From Trypanosoma brucei (taxonomy: Eukaryota), in NCBI GenBank assembly GCA_000002445.1, contig CH464491.1, positions 672,001 to 736,000 on the forward strand: a stretch of DNA of 64,000 bases, given 5' to 3'. Positions 61,615-64,000 of the stretch are shown one piece after another (the first letter of the stretch is position 1; each line of letters opens with the position of its first letter). Below the pieces are notes generated by a model. The model searched no databases and had not been told where the DNA came from. It worked only from the letters and a program-made list of their open reading frames with translations. The position numbers were made by a program, and so were the translations under genes.

Positions 61615-61797
61615 CAAAGACAAATGGACGACGACAAAAAAGGCAGACAAAGTCAACAAAAGTCAGCACGGAGTGAACTGACTAATGCAACCAACGCGGC
61701 AAGGTAGTAGCTGAGTGCGATATCACATCGGTACAAAAAGTCTCAAAAAGGAGGGGTAAGGGATCTTAAGGGTCAGAAGGCGTTGTGCTTCGATTTA

Positions 61798-63519
61798 TTA
61801 GTAATCCTTCAAAACGTGTAGCATCATGAGGCAGAACTCATCGTAGTGGAGCCTTCCACGAACCTTAAACGCGTATTTGTGTAACATCTCCGACGCTCGT
61901 GCCCTAACCGCGTCATCTTGCATTGCCTCTTTCAAGTTACAATAACGTCGCAACACTGCGCTAAGGGTGGCTCGGTTCCCTTCCACTGATTTCAGTTCAT
62001 CAGACACCGGTAGGAACCCTGAACCACCCTTGACAGAACAAAAGGTGGATGGTTGGCACATTAAACTGACTTGCTCCATGTCATCACCACTCTGCAATCC
62101 TTTACTATGAGGAGAATCGACCTTTTCACTACCTTGCTTGTTGTACACTCCAACACTTAAAGCTTCTCGGTACGCGGCTAACATCTTCATTGCCCCATTT
62201 CTGTCCTCGTATACCCCTAGTGGATCCAATTGTCGGAGAACCTTGACAACTTCTTGCTCAGTGACGTAGCCTCTCCTCATCACATCCAGTTTAGTAAACA
62301 ACGCATGTGCGGTCACTTCGTCGACAAGGCCTTTATCCGTCACGAAGCTCTCGATTAGGGCGCTGATATCCTGCAACCTCGCTTCACGCGCTGCGAGTTC
62401 TAATGCTTCCTTATTCAGCACCTTTTCCTCTTCGTCCACTTGATGAACACTGAGAGTTCGCCCACCAGTGGGAGAGAAGAATGGATTGTGCTCAATTATA
62501 TCTGAGCCTTCATCCACTGCTTTAGTTTCAGCAGCGGCACTCTCACCTGAAATTGTTTTACCACCATCTATATTAGTAGTGGGGCGCCTGCCAGCACTCG
62601 TCACGGAGACACGCGGTTGCGGAAGATCTGCTGCTTTTCCAACCGCTGATACCCCAACATACTCCTGCTCCTTCTGTTGGCTCTCCGATGCCGCCGCAGC
62701 TGCCGCAGCAGCCGCAGAAGCTGCAGCAGCGGCCACCAATCTCGCACCTTGAAAGTCATCCTCAAGTCGATGGTTCAACATTTCCTGGTGCTTGAGTTCA
62801 CGTCTGGTGTGTGACCAGGCATCAAGGGCCTTTTCCATGATCCTCAAAATTTCGGGACGCTCAAGTACTTTGCCCCTGTTCACAGACAGACGGCACACAG
62901 CCTCTTCTAGGTCATGATACGCGGAGTCATACATTGCCTCGACAGACCGCTTTATGCGCGGAAGGGCTATCGAAAGAAGATACTCGGAAGCCGCCAGAAC
63001 AGTTCGTTCTACATACTGCTGCCAAAAGTGCTTGATATCATTGAATAAAACTTCATCCTTCGTACTCGCCGTTCCCTCAGGTGGGAGAGCCACGTCTACT
63101 GTGAAGTTAGTGGAAACATCTACGAAACACTTGTTAGGGTTAGTTGTCACTCTGGTAACAGTGAATGTCGTAACGGCGCTTTTTAGTACACGTGTTCCAT
63201 CGAAGCCGAAAGGTGAGCGCCGCCTATCATCACATGCACATGGCAAATACTCCATGCGAGAAATCATTTGATGAGCTCCATTAGTTACCTCTATGAGTTT
63301 TTCGCGAAGCACTTTGTCCACGTACATTGGAATGTTGAGTGTTATGCGGCGCACGGCTCCAATGTCCGTTGGCTTGCAGGCATTCTCCTGTAAGCAACAT
63401 GTCATAAGTCCCGAGACACCAAATTCCTTCATAAACATAACATCAGAAAAAAGAGATGCTGCCGCACATGGCGGGACACCGACAACAGTTGATGCGTTGC
63501 AGGTTCCTGTCGCCACCAT
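61798..63519 (-). CDS. Hypothetical 573-aa protein with a poly-Ala tract and a degenerate EF-hand-like loop (DVMRRGYVTEQE) near the C-terminus.
   Basis: Long ORF. The Ala run is encoded by a GCN repeat at about 62690-62750. Confidence 0.55.
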   Translation of the reverse strand: MVATGTCNASTVVGVPPCAAASLFSDVMFMKEFGVSGLMTCCLQENACKPTDIGAVRRITLNIPMYVDKVLREKLIEVTNGAHQMISRMEYLPCACDDRRRSPFGFDGTRVLKSAVTTFTVTRVTTNPNKCFVDVSTNFTVDVALPPEGTASTKDEVLFNDIKHFWQQYVERTVLAASEYLLSIALPRIKRSVEAMYDSAYHDLEEAVCRLSVNRGKVLERPEILRIMEKALDAWSHTRRELKHQEMLNHRLEDDFQGARLVAAAAASAAAAAAAAASESQQKEQEYVGVSAVGKAADLPQPRVSVTSAGRRPTTNIDGGKTISGESAAAETKAVDEGSDIIEHNPFFSPTGGRTLSVHQVDEEEKVLNKEALELAAREARLQDISALIESFVTDKGLVDEVTAHALFTKLDVMRRGYVTEQEVVKVLRQLDPLGVYEDRNGAMKMLAAYREALSVGVYNKQGSEKVDSPHSKGLQSGDDMEQVSLMCQPSTFCSVKGGSGFLPVSDELKSVEGNRATLSAVLRRYCNLKEAMQDDAVRARASEMLHKYAFKVRGRLHYDEFCLMMLHVLKDY

Positions 63520-64000
63520 TTCTCCTCGTGCTTACTCTGTAAAGTTGCTTCGTTTGGTTACTCCTTTCCTTCACTACTGTTGCCCTTCTTCTAACCTGCT
63601 TGTGATCTCTTCTTTCCCTTTTTACCTTTAACAGAGTGAGTGTAAACTTGTTTCCGCCGCCGTGTTTGAGGCAGCTGTCGGTGTCGGTTGCGTCACAGAG
63701 TTCGGAGGGCAGATGAAGACCTCTAGATGTTTTCTAACGCTGATGGCGAACACGTTCCTTGACTGTTTTCCCCCCACACTCTTCCGTTGCGGACTTCTTC
63801 CTCACCCCCTATCCAAATTGCAATGGTCTTTGTCTTCGCGGTATTCCTAGGCGCTGTTACGCAATTTTAGCCTCAGTTTGTAGGAAACATACACCCAAAC
63901 AAGCAAGCAAAAAAAGAACAGATGGTAAACAAGCAGTCATATCAACGAAAGCAATGCCAATATTCGCACATTAACTCATGAGAAGGGGGGAGCGAACTAG

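Noticed and set aside
1-64000. CRISPR arrays, prokaryotic operons or defence islands.
   Set aside because: The sequence is clearly eukaryotic (kinetoplastid retroelement, 13-kb intron-less dynein gene, microsatellites). No direct-repeat/spacer arrays are present.

Overview
The window looks like a chromosome-internal region from an African trypanosome; the ingi element, 2A peptide, intron-less ORFs, single-strand gene orientation and microsatellite-rich spacers all point to Trypanosoma brucei or a close relative. Every convincing gene is on the minus strand, so the window is one directional polycistron with no strand-switch region. At the left end (about 180-5877) is a degenerate ingi/L1Tc-type non-LTR retrotransposon with its apurinic endonuclease (APE), reverse transcriptase (RT), RNase H and C2H2 zinc-finger ORF broken by frameshifts. 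It carries an intact 2A 'DVEENPGP' motif, has a poly(A) tail visible as T12 on the plus strand, and is bracketed by a perfect 137-bp inverted duplication of the ingi 5' hallmark (1-137 and 5741-5877). The rest of the window carries about 16 minus-strand protein genes. The recognisable ones are a TTLL12-like tubulin-tyrosine-ligase-like protein, the 4307-aa intraflagellar-transport (IFT) dynein-2 heavy chain and an M17 leucyl aminopeptidase. Also recognisable are an M32 metallocarboxypeptidase, an RRP12-like HEAT protein, UDP-GlcNAc pyrophosphorylase, radial spoke head protein 9 and a RAD51 paralogue. Several further genes are hypothetical. The most unusual finding is a 1572-1622 aa protein that combines an N-terminal kinesin motor and an FHA domain with a Roc GTPase plus COR-A/COR-B module, i.e. 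a kinesin-ROCO fusion. From memory, the combination of DHC2.2, MCP-1, UAP and RAD51-3 suggests T. brucei chromosome 11, but this is recollection, not a search result. There are no CRISPR arrays, no rRNA and no convincing tRNA. All start codons are uncertain because trans-splicing sites cannot be read from sequence alone.
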